From IMG/VR virus record IMGVR_UViG_3300033076_000880, positions 1-47,758 of that record: a stretch of DNA of 47,758 nucleotides. One strand, given 5' to 3'. Position 1 is the first letter of the stretch, and each line of letters starts with the position of its first letter. The position numbers were made by a program, and so were the translations under genes. The notes under the pieces were generated by a model. That model ran no database searches and was not told the DNA's origin. It saw only the letters and a list, made by a program, of their open reading frames with translations. Source of the stretch: a virus. Lineage: Duplodnaviria; Caudoviricetes. This document shows positions 19,001 through 27,906 of this stretch, piece after piece.

Positions 19001-19253
19001 AGGTCGTGACGTTGCCACCGATGGTGATCGTCTTCCCGGTGTTGGCGACTCCGGTGCCGCCGTTGGCTCCCGAGATAATGCCCCCTGGCGCGATACCTGT
19101 TGCGACGATGGTGCCGTTGCCCGAAGTCGTGATCGACGTGTTGTTGCCGACGACGATTGAGCCGTTGGACAGGACGTTGCCTGCGCCCTTTTGGACGTTG
19201 GTTTGAGCCAACGCGAGCGACGCAGTGAGGAGGAATGCGAGGAGTTTCTTCAT
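16011..19253 (-). CDS. Long tail fibre / receptor-binding protein with signal-peptide-like N-terminus
   Basis: 1080 aa G/T/S/N-rich; GGTG, TLTNK, GQVL motifs; start MKKLLAFLL at 19253. Confidence 0.85.
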   Translation of the reverse strand: MKKLLAFLLTASLALAQTNVQKGAGNVLSNGSIVVGNNTSITTSGNGTIVATGIAPGGIISGANGGTGVANTGKTITIGGNVTTSGAFSLVLTTIGNTTVTLPTGGTLATLDGVETLTNKSISGATNTITGIPISTGLSGFGSGWTTTLAAATGTNGQVLASNGTSYVPTTLAPSTSIFGTANQITASAATGNVTLSLPSSIIAPGTLTLNGTNSITLGGGGAGGASIAATGNLTTSNLVITPPSAGKTNLVGTTIVGSGTTGPTILSGGLTANDLTLGGTNNTTLTIGSADRQMVLSLAGVGSYYFGVNEFKTNGGYVPNIGSSTVPFGSLFLNGTARFGSGTSGPTIAASGTAPNEAMIFTPGGTRGAVFLANGTTEVSGPTATIAKFRAGVNKNLNISGNGSGIQLDTINDGVSAYTTLGIDANVTINSAGAGTLTTTINNAPYSPMVGLVSAKSANFTPSIANAADRGVLYSVTTGVSDITVTMPSAATAGIGYHFTVMKADTGTGRVFFSDATNNSLIVQKDYSTLISDGVNWIRSGTRFDEPRAWSLWFGGGQYAKGYRWYDGGGSANLDTSQSGGQTSGWVFSWSGGAITPLPGDAAANHTIGAAGRRVRGGYFGYDIAANTSADGLVISNDAAATSGNARYSPRLRWRGAGFFTGGAASKTFDVYADLRSNASGTTSTSDVITSWGLYRSVNSGAEENLFHIKSDGPGVAAGTVTLSLGNNSSPLVSSSPYLFQVPTTANSTINMSGMGGSIKLISASFYPNSSGETLGLLANPWTAFLANATVVGTNTIKLGNTAGATIGVSADSSLGTVQITTPTTGTGADSAAAFQVTATKYNRSFYLQNDGQLNTPNGVNSAPGFIINGSTAIGYIANRIWLAANNASIGDVGFDRVSAGVAKISTGNAGGTGDLQLGALTASGNVTLGTTGNVKFGTANADVLLRKDSYQTLGVVLGDAASYANMRVNAVSYSGTLTGLSGGQILTTASKTASYTLTTSDQFISFSGSTASQSLTLPAVAGTTGRIYQIKNRASVTVNVVTTAAANEIFTTAAANTVTLAVGDSAQFISDGTFWNKL

Positions 19254-19257
19254 GGGA

Positions 19258-20094
19258 TCAAGATTGCTGACCAAAGGCAGGCTGAACAAGGAAGTCGCGT
19301 TTGAGGTTTGTACCATCGAACCACAGCTCGACTCGAGAAGCAGGCGTGAATCCGTCCGCGTTGGACGATATGGTGGTCAATACCGTCCCGCCGACTGCTT
19401 GATCGCGAACGACGAGGTCGATGGCATCGGTCGCAGGGAGGATGAATCTCAGAGACACTCGAGCTCCAGCGATCAATCCGTCGGCCAGTACGATGATGTT
19501 CCGCAGCCCAGCCGCACCAGACACGGTGATCTCCTCGATGTGGAGTTGAGATTCGGGCGTAACAGTGAGGTCACCACTGACGCTGGTCGACTCGTGAGCC
19601 GAGACCAAACCCTGCGGGATGGGGGCAGGGAGAACATAGCTGGGATTGAGCAGCGTGATCGGGCCAGCTCCGTAGATGATCGTCGCGCCTGCGTTGGTCT
19701 TGCCGAGCAGCACGAGCCAGTAGGTTTGCTGCGTGTCACCACTCAGCGTCAGGTCGGTGTCAGCATTCGAAAGGATGATCGTCGCCTGCTGCGCTTCGCC
19801 AGCATTCCACTGGTCGACGGGGATCGTCGGGATGATGCTGTTAGCGTAGACGACCTTGTTGACGACGGCTACGATGGAGCTCTGCGTCTCTTGAATGAGG
19901 AGCTGGAGATACTGGAGATTCGACAGGTCGATGCTCGGGCCCGAAGGCGAGAAGATGCCGACGTCGATGGCGAGCGATTGAGCCCGCCACATCTGCGGAG
20001 CGAAGCCGGTGTTGGCGTCGATGGGCGCAACTGGCGGCGTCGAGACGATGGACAGTTGCAGACGAACCGGGACTTGCTCGTAGGTGGTGCTCAT
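19258..20094 (-). CDS. Tail/baseplate-associated structural protein
   Basis: Beta-rich 278 aa, coupled within the fibre cluster. Confidence 0.75.
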   Translation of the reverse strand: MSTTYEQVPVRLQLSIVSTPPVAPIDANTGFAPQMWRAQSLAIDVGIFSPSGPSIDLSNLQYLQLLIQETQSSIVAVVNKVVYANSIIPTIPVDQWNAGEAQQATIILSNADTDLTLSGDTQQTYWLVLLGKTNAGATIIYGAGPITLLNPSYVLPAPIPQGLVSAHESTSVSGDLTVTPESQLHIEEITVSGAAGLRNIIVLADGLIAGARVSLRFILPATDAIDLVVRDQAVGGTVLTTISSNADGFTPASRVELWFDGTNLKRDFLVQPAFGQQS

Positions 20095-20927
20095 GGGAGC
20101 TTTTGAATAGACCAGTCAGAGTTGGAGACGGACACGTTGCCAGAATTGACCGTGTCAGTGGCGGAGAGTTGGATCTCGAGAGTGTCTCCTGCGGCCAACA
20201 CAACGACTGTGTTGAGTTGGGGATACCACCGACTACCGGGGGGACTGGCTACCGACGTGCCTGCGGCGCGAGCGACCGTGCTGCCGTTCTTTACCGCCCG
20301 CAAGGACAGCTCCATCGTGCTGGCTTGGCCAGTGACGTTGTCGACTTGGAGGTTGGCGAGGACTTGGTATGCGCCAGGAACAGGGGCGGTGTATCGATAG
20401 GTGGATACGTTGTATCGACCTTGGGGGTCGTACTCGAGACCGTCGAACTGAATTGTCACACCAGAGCCCGTCACAGCCACGGTCTGCGAGCTCGAGGACG
20501 AAATGACCGAAGGATACGACGTGCCGCTGGCCGACCAGTTGTTCGTGTCGGTCGCCGGGTCGTTGCCGAGATTGTCGTCCGTGAGACTGGTGACAACGAG
20601 CGCGGTGCCGGGGATACGGGCGATGCCTCCTGCGAAGTAGTTCGTCTCCGCGTCCCACTCGGGGATGCCGCCCTGAAGGATGTAGGCGGTTTGCTGAGAC
20701 AGCACGAGCAACACGCCGTTCAAGTCCTCAAGAGCGGGGCTGCGGTTGCCGATGAGTGCCCCGTTGAGGCCGAGTAACCACTCGGCCGATTGGATCGCGG
20801 AGAGGTCGGTGATCGTAGGGGTGTAGGCTGCCGCGCCTGCCGCCAAGCTGCCGTAGACCGCGACGTTGCCTGCGGGAACGAGCGAGCCGCCGAAGATCTT
20901 TTGTGCGTAACGAGGGATGGCAGGCAT
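20091..20927 (-). CDS. Tail fibre attachment protein with C1q-like C-terminal domain
   Basis: AYILQ-x-GIPEWD-x3-NY fibre N-terminal motif; FD ... YN-x-ST-x2-YTAPV-x-G-x-Y and L-x-AGD-x-L C1q-like pattern; start MPAIPR. Confidence 0.8.
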   Translation of the reverse strand: MPAIPRYAQKIFGGSLVPAGNVAVYGSLAAGAAAYTPTITDLSAIQSAEWLLGLNGALIGNRSPALEDLNGVLLVLSQQTAYILQGGIPEWDAETNYFAGGIARIPGTALVVTSLTDDNLGNDPATDTNNWSASGTSYPSVISSSSSQTVAVTGSGVTIQFDGLEYDPQGRYNVSTYRYTAPVPGAYQVLANLQVDNVTGQASTMELSLRAVKNGSTVARAAGTSVASPPGSRWYPQLNTVVVLAAGDTLEIQLSATDTVNSGNVSVSNSDWSIQKLP

Positions 20928-20932
20928 GGCGA

Positions 20933-22687
20933 TTAAGGAGTGGTGGTGATGTTGAGGACCGTCGACCCGTCGATGCGGACTTTCAAACCGCCCGACCATT
21001 GGAACTCGATGGTGTTGTCGCCGTCGTAGAGCGGGGGAGTCCAGCCGTCGGAGATGCCTTTTTTGATCTGAGCGGCGGAGTTAATCGCGACTCCTGTGCT
21101 GTTGATGGTCACTTGATTGACTCCGCTGTTGTCGACGGCGAACAGGCTTGGTGGTGCAACTCCGTTCAGTCCGTTGATCTCGACTCGCGAGCTGGCAAAT
21201 GGGGAGGATCCGAAGACTCGGAACCACGGGTTGGTCCCGTCTCCTGCCATGCTGATCCGGCCAGAGCCGATCAAAAGGCCGGAGCTGCTCAGGCTCACGG
21301 CTCCGTTTCCGCTGCCGACAGTGACCGAGACGCTCGAGGTCAGAGTCCCAGAGGTGATGGTTCCGATGTTAGCGCTGATCGAACTGAGGTCGGAGACAGT
21401 GAGCTTGTCGGAGGTGATCGTCCCAGCTTGAATTTTGGCTGCCGTGATCGCGTTTGCCGCGAGAGCGTTGGTGTCGACTGCACCCGCGAAGAGTTTACTG
21501 GTAGTGATTGCCCCTGAGGCGATTTCGGTCGCGCTGACTGCGCCCGCTTGAATGGTGCCTGCGGTGACTGCGTTGGCCGCAATGGTGCCTGCGGTAACGG
21601 CATTTGAAGCGATCTTGCCTGCGGTGACTGCACCAGCGGTGACCTTGGCGGAGGTGATCGCGTTGTCCGTGATCTGCGTCGTGGTGATCTGACCAGTGAG
21701 GTCTGTTGTCGGAACAGCTGAGGTGAAATTGGATCCGTCGTAGCGATACAAAGTGCCGGTCGTTGTGAGGTAAACAGTGCGGCCAGCGAAGTTGCCGCTG
21801 CTCGGGAGCGTGCCTACGATCTCAACCGGCGTGAGGCCCGCAGCGAATTTGGCGGTGTTGATCGCCGAGTCTTGAATCTGCGCCGCGACGATCTGGCCAA
21901 GGATGTTCGACGCTTGAATCTGCGTCACCTGAGAGAACAAATTCCAAGTGATTGTGGAAGTGCCGATGGTGATGGTGCCAGGGGTGACCATCGTGTACGC
22001 GGCGTTGGCGTTGGTTGTGCCGCTCGTAATGAAGCAGTACGAGCCGGTGACGAGCTCCGCACCCGTATCAGCATCGGTGGTGCGCGTCCAAGTGCCGTTG
22101 CTGCCCGTGCCGAGCGTGGTGATGTAGTAGATACCGTTCTGTTTTCCGTCGGTCTGGTCTTTGACCAAGATGCGATCGTTTAACGCCAGAGTGAGTCCGT
22201 CGAGCGTCGTGGGAGCTCCGCCTGTGAGGCTGATGTTGCTACCCGTCGTCCCCGCTCGAGCGGGGCTCTTGATCACCAACCCAGCTGCGGCGGCGTCGAC
22301 GTAGGTCTTGTTGGCCGCATCCGAACCGTTAACTGGGGGAGCCAGCCCGGTAACTGAGGCTGCCGTGATAGTGCCAGCGGAGAAGTTGCCGCTCGCGTCG
22401 CGACGCACGATGGCGCTGGCGGTGTTGGCGTTGGTGGCAGCATCGAGCTTCGTCTTGTCTGCGGCCGACATGGTGCCGACGGTGCTCCCAGTTGCGACGG
22501 GCAGACCGTTGATCAGCTGGGTGACTGTGGCTTTCTTGGTGGTCGGTGTGCCAGAGACGTCGACAACAGGGAGAACTGTCGAAGTGCTGACCGTGCTGAT
22601 GGCGGGCAGAGCCGTGATCGTCGTGTCGGCAGCGGAGAGCGGCAGTACTACAGCCGCAAGGAGGAGGAGTCTCAGGAGGGTCTTCAT
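20933..22687 (-). CDS. Tail fibre-like protein with signal-peptide-like N-terminus
   Basis: DAANK-x-YVD, DRILVKDQ-x4-QNGIY, 10-residue A(V/I)TA-x-KI repeats, LSSISANIG. Confidence 0.85.
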   Translation of the reverse strand: MKTLLRLLLLAAVVLPLSAADTTITALPAISTVSTSTVLPVVDVSGTPTTKKATVTQLINGLPVATGSTVGTMSAADKTKLDAATNANTASAIVRRDASGNFSAGTITAASVTGLAPPVNGSDAANKTYVDAAAAGLVIKSPARAGTTGSNISLTGGAPTTLDGLTLALNDRILVKDQTDGKQNGIYYITTLGTGSNGTWTRTTDADTGAELVTGSYCFITSGTTNANAAYTMVTPGTITIGTSTITWNLFSQVTQIQASNILGQIVAAQIQDSAINTAKFAAGLTPVEIVGTLPSSGNFAGRTVYLTTTGTLYRYDGSNFTSAVPTTDLTGQITTTQITDNAITSAKVTAGAVTAGKIASNAVTAGTIAANAVTAGTIQAGAVSATEIASGAITTSKLFAGAVDTNALAANAITAAKIQAGTITSDKLTVSDLSSISANIGTITSGTLTSSVSVTVGSGNGAVSLSSSGLLIGSGRISMAGDGTNPWFRVFGSSPFASSRVEINGLNGVAPPSLFAVDNSGVNQVTINSTGVAINSAAQIKKGISDGWTPPLYDGDNTIEFQWSGGLKVRIDGSTVLNITTTP

Positions 22688-23577
22688 GTGGATTCTGTGG
22701 TGAGAGTCGAACCGTCTTCGGTCGTCAGCGTAAACCCATCTTCAGTCGTCAGGGTATCGCCGCCACCCGGTGCCGGGGATATAATGGTGACGCTGATACC
22801 TACGCCCATAGGTCGGGGCAAGTAGATTGCGAGCAGTTCCTGCGACAGGGCTACGGTCGAAAGCACTGTGTAACTCAGCGACATGTTCTTGTTGTCGACC
22901 AAGGAAATCTGGCCGGGGAAGAACGAGTTGAGATACGACATGATGCTCGCGAGCGTCCCGTCGCTGGCATTCAGGACAGCTTTGAGCTTGATGACCGTGC
23001 GGTATTGCGGGTCGGTGAGGTCGGTGTTCTGGCCAGTGGCAAACTCGTACTGGTAGAAAATGCCGTTGGCATTGATCGCGGGCGAAGCATATGAAGTCAG
23101 TCCGTTGCCGTTAGGCGTGCCATCGGCGAATCGGACGAAGCTGGAGACTCCGATTGCGAGTAACACCTCTCCACAGGCAAACGTATCGATCAACGGAGTC
23201 GTGGATGACCCCGCGTTACTCGTCACCCACCAGTCGCCAATCGACGCCGAGGAAATCACCGGGTCGTTGGTGAGCGGGTTCCAAGTGCCTTGATACTTCG
23301 CCGGGTCGAGCGTCGGCTGGTCGTAGTACCAGAGTCCGAAATACGGACGTACCTCGGGAGCTCCAATGTTGCGCGAGACGCCGACGTACTTCCCGATAAT
23401 GTCGAGCTGGGCACCGATAGCGGTCTCCAGATTGAAGCATTCTGCCACCGACGCAGGGAGCCCTTCACCAGTGAGCTGACTGGCCCACAGCTTAATCTGG
23501 CGTGTCGCGTTTGGCAGTCCCCGGTACTGGTAAGCCAGGAGGCGACTGTAGTAGTCGGTCAGGGTCGCGAGGCTCAT
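22684..23577 (-). CDS. Baseplate wedge protein (DUF2612 type)
   Basis: L-x2-QY, A-x-G-x-QLDIIGKYVGVSR, D-x2-YR-x2-IK-x-K, LPRPMGV. Confidence 0.9.
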   Translation of the reverse strand: MSLATLTDYYSRLLAYQYRGLPNATRQIKLWASQLTGEGLPASVAECFNLETAIGAQLDIIGKYVGVSRNIGAPEVRPYFGLWYYDQPTLDPAKYQGTWNPLTNDPVISSASIGDWWVTSNAGSSTTPLIDTFACGEVLLAIGVSSFVRFADGTPNGNGLTSYASPAINANGIFYQYEFATGQNTDLTDPQYRTVIKLKAVLNASDGTLASIMSYLNSFFPGQISLVDNKNMSLSYTVLSTVALSQELLAIYLPRPMGVGISVTIISPAPGGGDTLTTEDGFTLTTEDGSTLTTEST

Positions 23578-23580
23578 CGG

Positions 23581-24771
23581 TTAAACCTCTGTCACCGTGA
23601 TGCGGGCCGAGGCGATGGCGAATTGGTGTTGGACGCTCGTGGTCTCGAGATAGTCGGTGACGTAGGTGATATTGTCGTCTGAGATCTCCGCTCCCGAAAC
23701 AGCTGCGTTTGGTGCGATGGATTGGGTCAATGCGACGATCTCCGAAACTGTAGCCGTTTGCCCGATGACGTAAGACAAGCCCGCAAGAATTTGGGCCTTG
23801 ATGTAGGCAGTGTCGACGGAGCCGGTGACGGCGTGGACGTCCACATGAATCCACAGGTTCTCCGCAATCGGGCGATCAAACTCGACGGCGAAGATCGACC
23901 CGTCGACCTGCGTGACATTGACTGAGACCGCGCCTTTCATGCCGCAGCCCGCGTTGCGCTTGATATAGATCGCCTGAGCAATGTCGTCGTCTGTCCCACC
24001 AGCGACGATGGCCCAAATGGAGTGGCTGGGAATCCCATCGGCATCGGTCGTGTCGGTAGTGTTCTCCAACAGCTTAACCGAGGTGACGCCCTCGATGCCG
24101 ATCAGAGCTCCGTAAAGCCCGTCGAAAAACCCTTTACTTGGAAGGGCGACTGACCGAGCTCGGCGGATACGCAGAGCGTAGTCTGTTTCTTCCGCCTCGC
24201 CAGTTGAGGTGGCGACAGCGGGGTTGTTGACGGCACTGACGCCCAGCGTGACGGTGACGATAGTCGTGATTGTGTTGGGGACGGTCTCAACCGCACCGAG
24301 CACCTTGGCTCTAAAAGACAGCGTCGCAGTTCCGGCCGCTCCGAAGACGTGCTCGCCGACCAAGACGAACTGGTTGCCCGAGGCATCGGACACAGTGAAT
24401 GGTGCGTCTGGCGCAGTGTCCAATCCCGCGAGGGTCACCGCTTGGGTGACGGTGACCTCGACGTCGGTGTAGGTGTAAGTCCCAGCGTTACGGAAAACGC
24501 CGTTGATGGCGCAGCGTTCGTCCAGTGAGATGCCGACGGCTTGATCGGGGTCGAAGCTGGCGTAGACCTGTTGGACGAACTCCAGCATGTCCTGAGTCAT
24601 CTGCACCCCGATGTTAATGAACTGCCCGTCGGGGGAGTTGGGGGCGATGTTGATGTCTGCCCCGTAGATCGACAGCATGCCTGGATAATCCGCAGCCCCG
24701 TTCAGGAACTTGTCGAGAGTCTGAGCGGGAGTATCAATGGTGATCCCCGTAGATGATACTGCGTTGCTCAT
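23581..24771 (-). CDS. Baseplate J/gp47-like protein
   Basis: SPDGQ, FDP-x2-A-x-G-x2-LD, G-x3-ETD-x2-LR-x-R, EN-x-T, PSHSI. Confidence 0.92.
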   Translation of the reverse strand: MSNAVSSTGITIDTPAQTLDKFLNGAADYPGMLSIYGADINIAPNSPDGQFINIGVQMTQDMLEFVQQVYASFDPDQAVGISLDERCAINGVFRNAGTYTYTDVEVTVTQAVTLAGLDTAPDAPFTVSDASGNQFVLVGEHVFGAAGTATLSFRAKVLGAVETVPNTITTIVTVTLGVSAVNNPAVATSTGEAEETDYALRIRRARSVALPSKGFFDGLYGALIGIEGVTSVKLLENTTDTTDADGIPSHSIWAIVAGGTDDDIAQAIYIKRNAGCGMKGAVSVNVTQVDGSIFAVEFDRPIAENLWIHVDVHAVTGSVDTAYIKAQILAGLSYVIGQTATVSEIVALTQSIAPNAAVSGAEISDDNITYVTDYLETTSVQHQFAIASARITVTEV

Positions 24772-25136
24772 GGAGTGGTGACTGAACCGGAGACGTTGCG
24801 GGAGTAGATCGTGTCGATATTGTAGCGGATCGTGACGCGGCGTCTCGTAGTATCCACTACGGCATCGACCGAGTTGATACGCACTACGCCTTCACGCTGG
24901 ATGATCGCTTGGCGCGTCTGGAGCAAGATATTTTGCTGGGCGACTGGGTTCTTCGCCCCCAGTAGGTTCCACCAGTCGATGCCGGTCGACATGGCGAAGA
25001 AGCAGTCATTGAGGAAGAACAACAGCGACGTTTTGATGTCGGCGGCGATAGCTTTCTGTTTTCGGAAATACGAGTTGCGTCCTTGGCCGAAAGTCCAGTC
25101 GCCGGATGCGAGGATGCCTCGAAATGGTTGTGGCAT
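24768..25136 (-). CDS. Baseplate wedge/sheath initiator (gp25/gp46-like)
   Basis: GDWTFG-x-G, GIDW-x2-LLG, TIY; synteny. Confidence 0.85.
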   Translation of the reverse strand: MPQPFRGILASGDWTFGQGRNSYFRKQKAIAADIKTSLLFFLNDCFFAMSTGIDWWNLLGAKNPVAQQNILLQTRQAIIQREGVVRINSVDAVVDTTRRRVTIRYNIDTIYSRNVSGSVTTP

Positions 25137-25138
25137 GG

Positions 25139-25852
25139 TCAGGAAGTAAGGAGGGACCGCATGGTCGTTTTAGCTGCCGAAATAGCCGTCAGCGTTGCGG
25201 GATTGGGGGTCGACCCTCCGGTATTTACCCAGTTAGTCAGCACGGTGAATAGCTCATCCAACACCAGCTTTAAGTCGGTGGCGTTGTTAGCTAGGCGAAT
25301 CTTCGGGCCGAACACCACTGAGGAGTACACGCCTCCACCTATTGAGTATGCCACGGACACTTCTCCTGTTGGCTGGATGCGAATGAAGCTGCCGTTGTAC
25401 TGAAGCGACACCACGTCTTGCAGGCCGACGGTCGATCCTGGCAGCGGGCGAGCTAAGTTGCCGAGACCGACAAGAGCTATTCCGTCACTTAGGCTGTGGG
25501 CCCGCGCCGTATTCGGCACTGAGTCGCTGCCTTCTGCAAACCAAGTATCTAGGTCACGGTCGTTGAACAGCACCAAGCACAAATCCCCCGGCTTGATCGG
25601 GAAGGATAAGATAGCCCCACCACCAGCGGGGAACATCACGGGGCAGTCGGTCAAAAGAGGGTACGCCACTTCTCGATCCCCCAAAACGCGGAGCACCGAG
25701 ATCTGCACCGACGCTGTCCGCTTGGTGATGTCGTAGCTGACAATGCGCCCGACTTGGTGGCAGTTCAGTCCATAGAAAACCTCCGCCTTGAAGTTATCGA
25801 AAACGGCTCGGAGGTCTGGAGAGACCGGAGAAGCGATGGGTGTCGGGTTCAT
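25139..25852 (-). CDS. Baseplate spike (Gp138-like)
   Basis: PV-x-FP-x-GG, FPI-x2-GD-x-CLV-x-F-x-DRD-x-D-x-W, R-x-H-x-LSD. Confidence 0.9.
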   Translation of the reverse strand: MNPTPIASPVSPDLRAVFDNFKAEVFYGLNCHQVGRIVSYDITKRTASVQISVLRVLGDREVAYPLLTDCPVMFPAGGGAILSFPIKPGDLCLVLFNDRDLDTWFAEGSDSVPNTARAHSLSDGIALVGLGNLARPLPGSTVGLQDVVSLQYNGSFIRIQPTGEVSVAYSIGGGVYSSVVFGPKIRLANNATDLKLVLDELFTVLTNWVNTGGSTPNPATLTAISAAKTTMRSLLTS

Positions 25853-26763
25853 GCGACGAGGTTGGCTTGTATCACGGACAACTCCTCAAGAGTGAACCAG
25901 AGACGGACTTTCGTGAGACAGTCACCGGACACCGCAGCGGAGATGGTGCCCACATGGTCAAACCCAAGAACCTTCCAAAGTCGATTGAATTGCCGATTGG
26001 ATACGCTGCGGAGCTCGATGATCTGGCCGACCGACAGGCGGGGTTCGAAGATCATATCGAACTCCAGAGTTGAGGTCGTCCGCTTCGGACTGCCCAGCAA
26101 GCCGTTGTCTTGCGACAGCACTGGCAGCACTCCTTGGAAGACTTCGTTGTAGTTCAGAGCTTTCACTTGGCCGTTGTCGATAGTCGCCAACCCGTTCGAT
26201 TTCTCGAGGATGAGGTTCCAGATGTTGCCGAATAACACCTCGCCGCGTTTGTTCGTGGTCGGAAAGTTCCCAATGATCGGCACGCCGGAAATGCGCGGAA
26301 GCTGCCTCGAGAGCTGGTTCAGGATCTCGGCAGCCGAGATGCCGGGGGAGAGCGTGAGGGCGACGTTGTTACCATTCGCCATCTGCCAACCGCCGTCGAA
26401 TGCCTCGATCTCGGTGATCCAGTCTTTGTCTACGCGGAAGCTGTAAGCCCGCGACACCGTGCCGTTGAAGACCAAGGGGAGGAAGCGTTCGCCGTCCGGT
26501 TGGTACCCGGCACGAAATTGGATAGCCCGGAATTGGGTGAACTGGAAGATGTCTTTCTGGACGGCGTTGCGGACTTCCTCCGCCAAGTTGTAAACGCGGA
26601 ATGTCGCTGTTTGCGCCGAGCTCAGATTGCGACGAGAGATGGTGAACTCGAGCGTGTTCGGCAGCGTGATCTCGATGTTGTTTGAGGTACGCAGCAACGG
26701 AGCCGGGGCGGTGTCAGCCACGACCTCGACCTTGAGCGAGTAGATGCGGTTGAATTTCTCCAC
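25849..26763 (-). CDS. Baseplate hub protein
   Basis: YNL, AGY, F-x-G, GLLGSP motifs; synteny. Confidence 0.85.
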   Translation of the reverse strand: MEKFNRIYSLKVEVVADTAPAPLLRTSNNIEITLPNTLEFTISRRNLSSAQTATFRVYNLAEEVRNAVQKDIFQFTQFRAIQFRAGYQPDGERFLPLVFNGTVSRAYSFRVDKDWITEIEAFDGGWQMANGNNVALTLSPGISAAEILNQLSRQLPRISGVPIIGNFPTTNKRGEVLFGNIWNLILEKSNGLATIDNGQVKALNYNEVFQGVLPVLSQDNGLLGSPKRTTSTLEFDMIFEPRLSVGQIIELRSVSNRQFNRLWKVLGFDHVGTISAAVSGDCLTKVRLWFTLEELSVIQANLVA

Positions 26764-26764
26764 T

Positions 26765-27109
26765 TCAATTTCCCGAGTAGGTTACCTCATTGACCGAGGC
26801 GACATCTGCGGCGTTGAGCACGATCAGTCGAGCTGTCAAGTCGGCGAAGTCTGTCGGATTGAGTGGTTCGACGTTGCCGGTCGTAAGGAGAGCCAAACCG
26901 AAGGGGATGAGGTTTTGCCACTGCTTGAGGATGTTCGGCGCAGCCGTGAGCCGCAGCCCGTAGACTGCCCAATCTTGCCACGCAAAGTTGGCGAACCACC
27001 CGCGCTGCTGCGGACGGTATTCGATGTAGCAGGACACTTGCGATCCGTCATCCAGCACGAAGGAGAACGTCTGCTTGGGCTGAGAAGAAAGTCCAGAGAT
27101 AGTGGTCAT
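26765..27109 (-). CDS. Baseplate plug-like protein
   Basis: P-x-QTF, W, N-x-L-x-Q, FG motifs; synteny. Confidence 0.8.
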   Translation of the reverse strand: MTTISGLSSQPKQTFSFVLDDGSQVSCYIEYRPQQRGWFANFAWQDWAVYGLRLTAAPNILKQWQNLIPFGLALLTTGNVEPLNPTDFADLTARLIVLNAADVASVNEVTYSGN

Positions 27110-27906
27110 GTTCTCGGCGGGTTGGTCTGATAGGAGAACTGCTGCATTTGGACGGACGTGAACGGCACTTGGCCGACGACTCCGTTGCGGGTCTCGGGCG
27201 CTTGCTGGAACACTGCGCGACCGGCCAGCAGACCGGGCTGGATGGTGATGGCACGGGCAACGCGGATCTTTTTGAACGTGATCGAGAAGTCTGTGACCGA
27301 TCGACTTTCAGCCCCTTGTTTCGCTGACATGGACAGGATCGCCATGTTCTCAAAAATGCCCCACGGCGTCTCAACTGAGAACAGCTGACGACCTTTCCAA
27401 AGCTGATAAAAGTAACCGTAGATGAAGCTCTGCTTCGTCTGGCCGGGTTGCTGGCGCGAGTTGTTCTGGTAGTAGCCGAAAAGACTCTGAGGGGAAGCGT
27501 CGGCCGCTTCGGTCTGATCCTCTGTCTCTTGGTCTGCCTGCTCTTGCTCCTCCGCCCCTGGGGACAGCACCGGCTGCAATTCCGGCAGCAACGGAAGCGG
27601 GTCGGTCACTTGAGTCGTCTTGGGCAGCACCGGGGCCGCACGGACCAGCTCGGCCACTTTCCCGGTGATCGAGACAGCCTCGGGACGGAGCGCGATGTGG
27701 TCCTGAATCGCGGTGTTGTCCTCGATGTAGTGGTCGGTGATGTCGCTCTCAAGATCTGAGCCGTCGTCCTCGACCACATCCAGCAGGAAGCCCGCGATGC
27801 CTGGAGGCGGGTTGTTGGGGCGCACCAAGGCCAGCCTCGACTGGCTCGTGACGAGCGTGTTGAGGGCGGCGAAGATGCTGGCGGAGTCGGTAGGGACGAT
27901 GTTCAT
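27106..27906 (-). CDS. Dit-like baseplate/tail tube initiator
   Basis: ITDHYIEDN-x2-IQDH-x3-P, V-x-TPW-x3-ENMAI. Confidence 0.88.
   Translation of the reverse strand: MNIVPTDSASIFAALNTLVTSQSRLALVRPNNPPPGIAGFLLDVVEDDGSDLESDITDHYIEDNTAIQDHIALRPEAVSITGKVAELVRAAPVLPKTTQVTDPLPLLPELQPVLSPGAEEQEQADQETEDQTEAADASPQSLFGYYQNNSRQQPGQTKQSFIYGYFYQLWKGRQLFSVETPWGIFENMAILSMSAKQGAESRSVTDFSITFKKIRVARAITIQPGLLAGRAVFQQAPETRNGVVGQVPFTSVQMQQFSYQTNPPRT

Noticed and set aside
16011-22687. Diversity-generating retroelement or invertible fibre cassette
   Set aside because: I found no reverse transcriptase, invertase or template/variable repeat pair.
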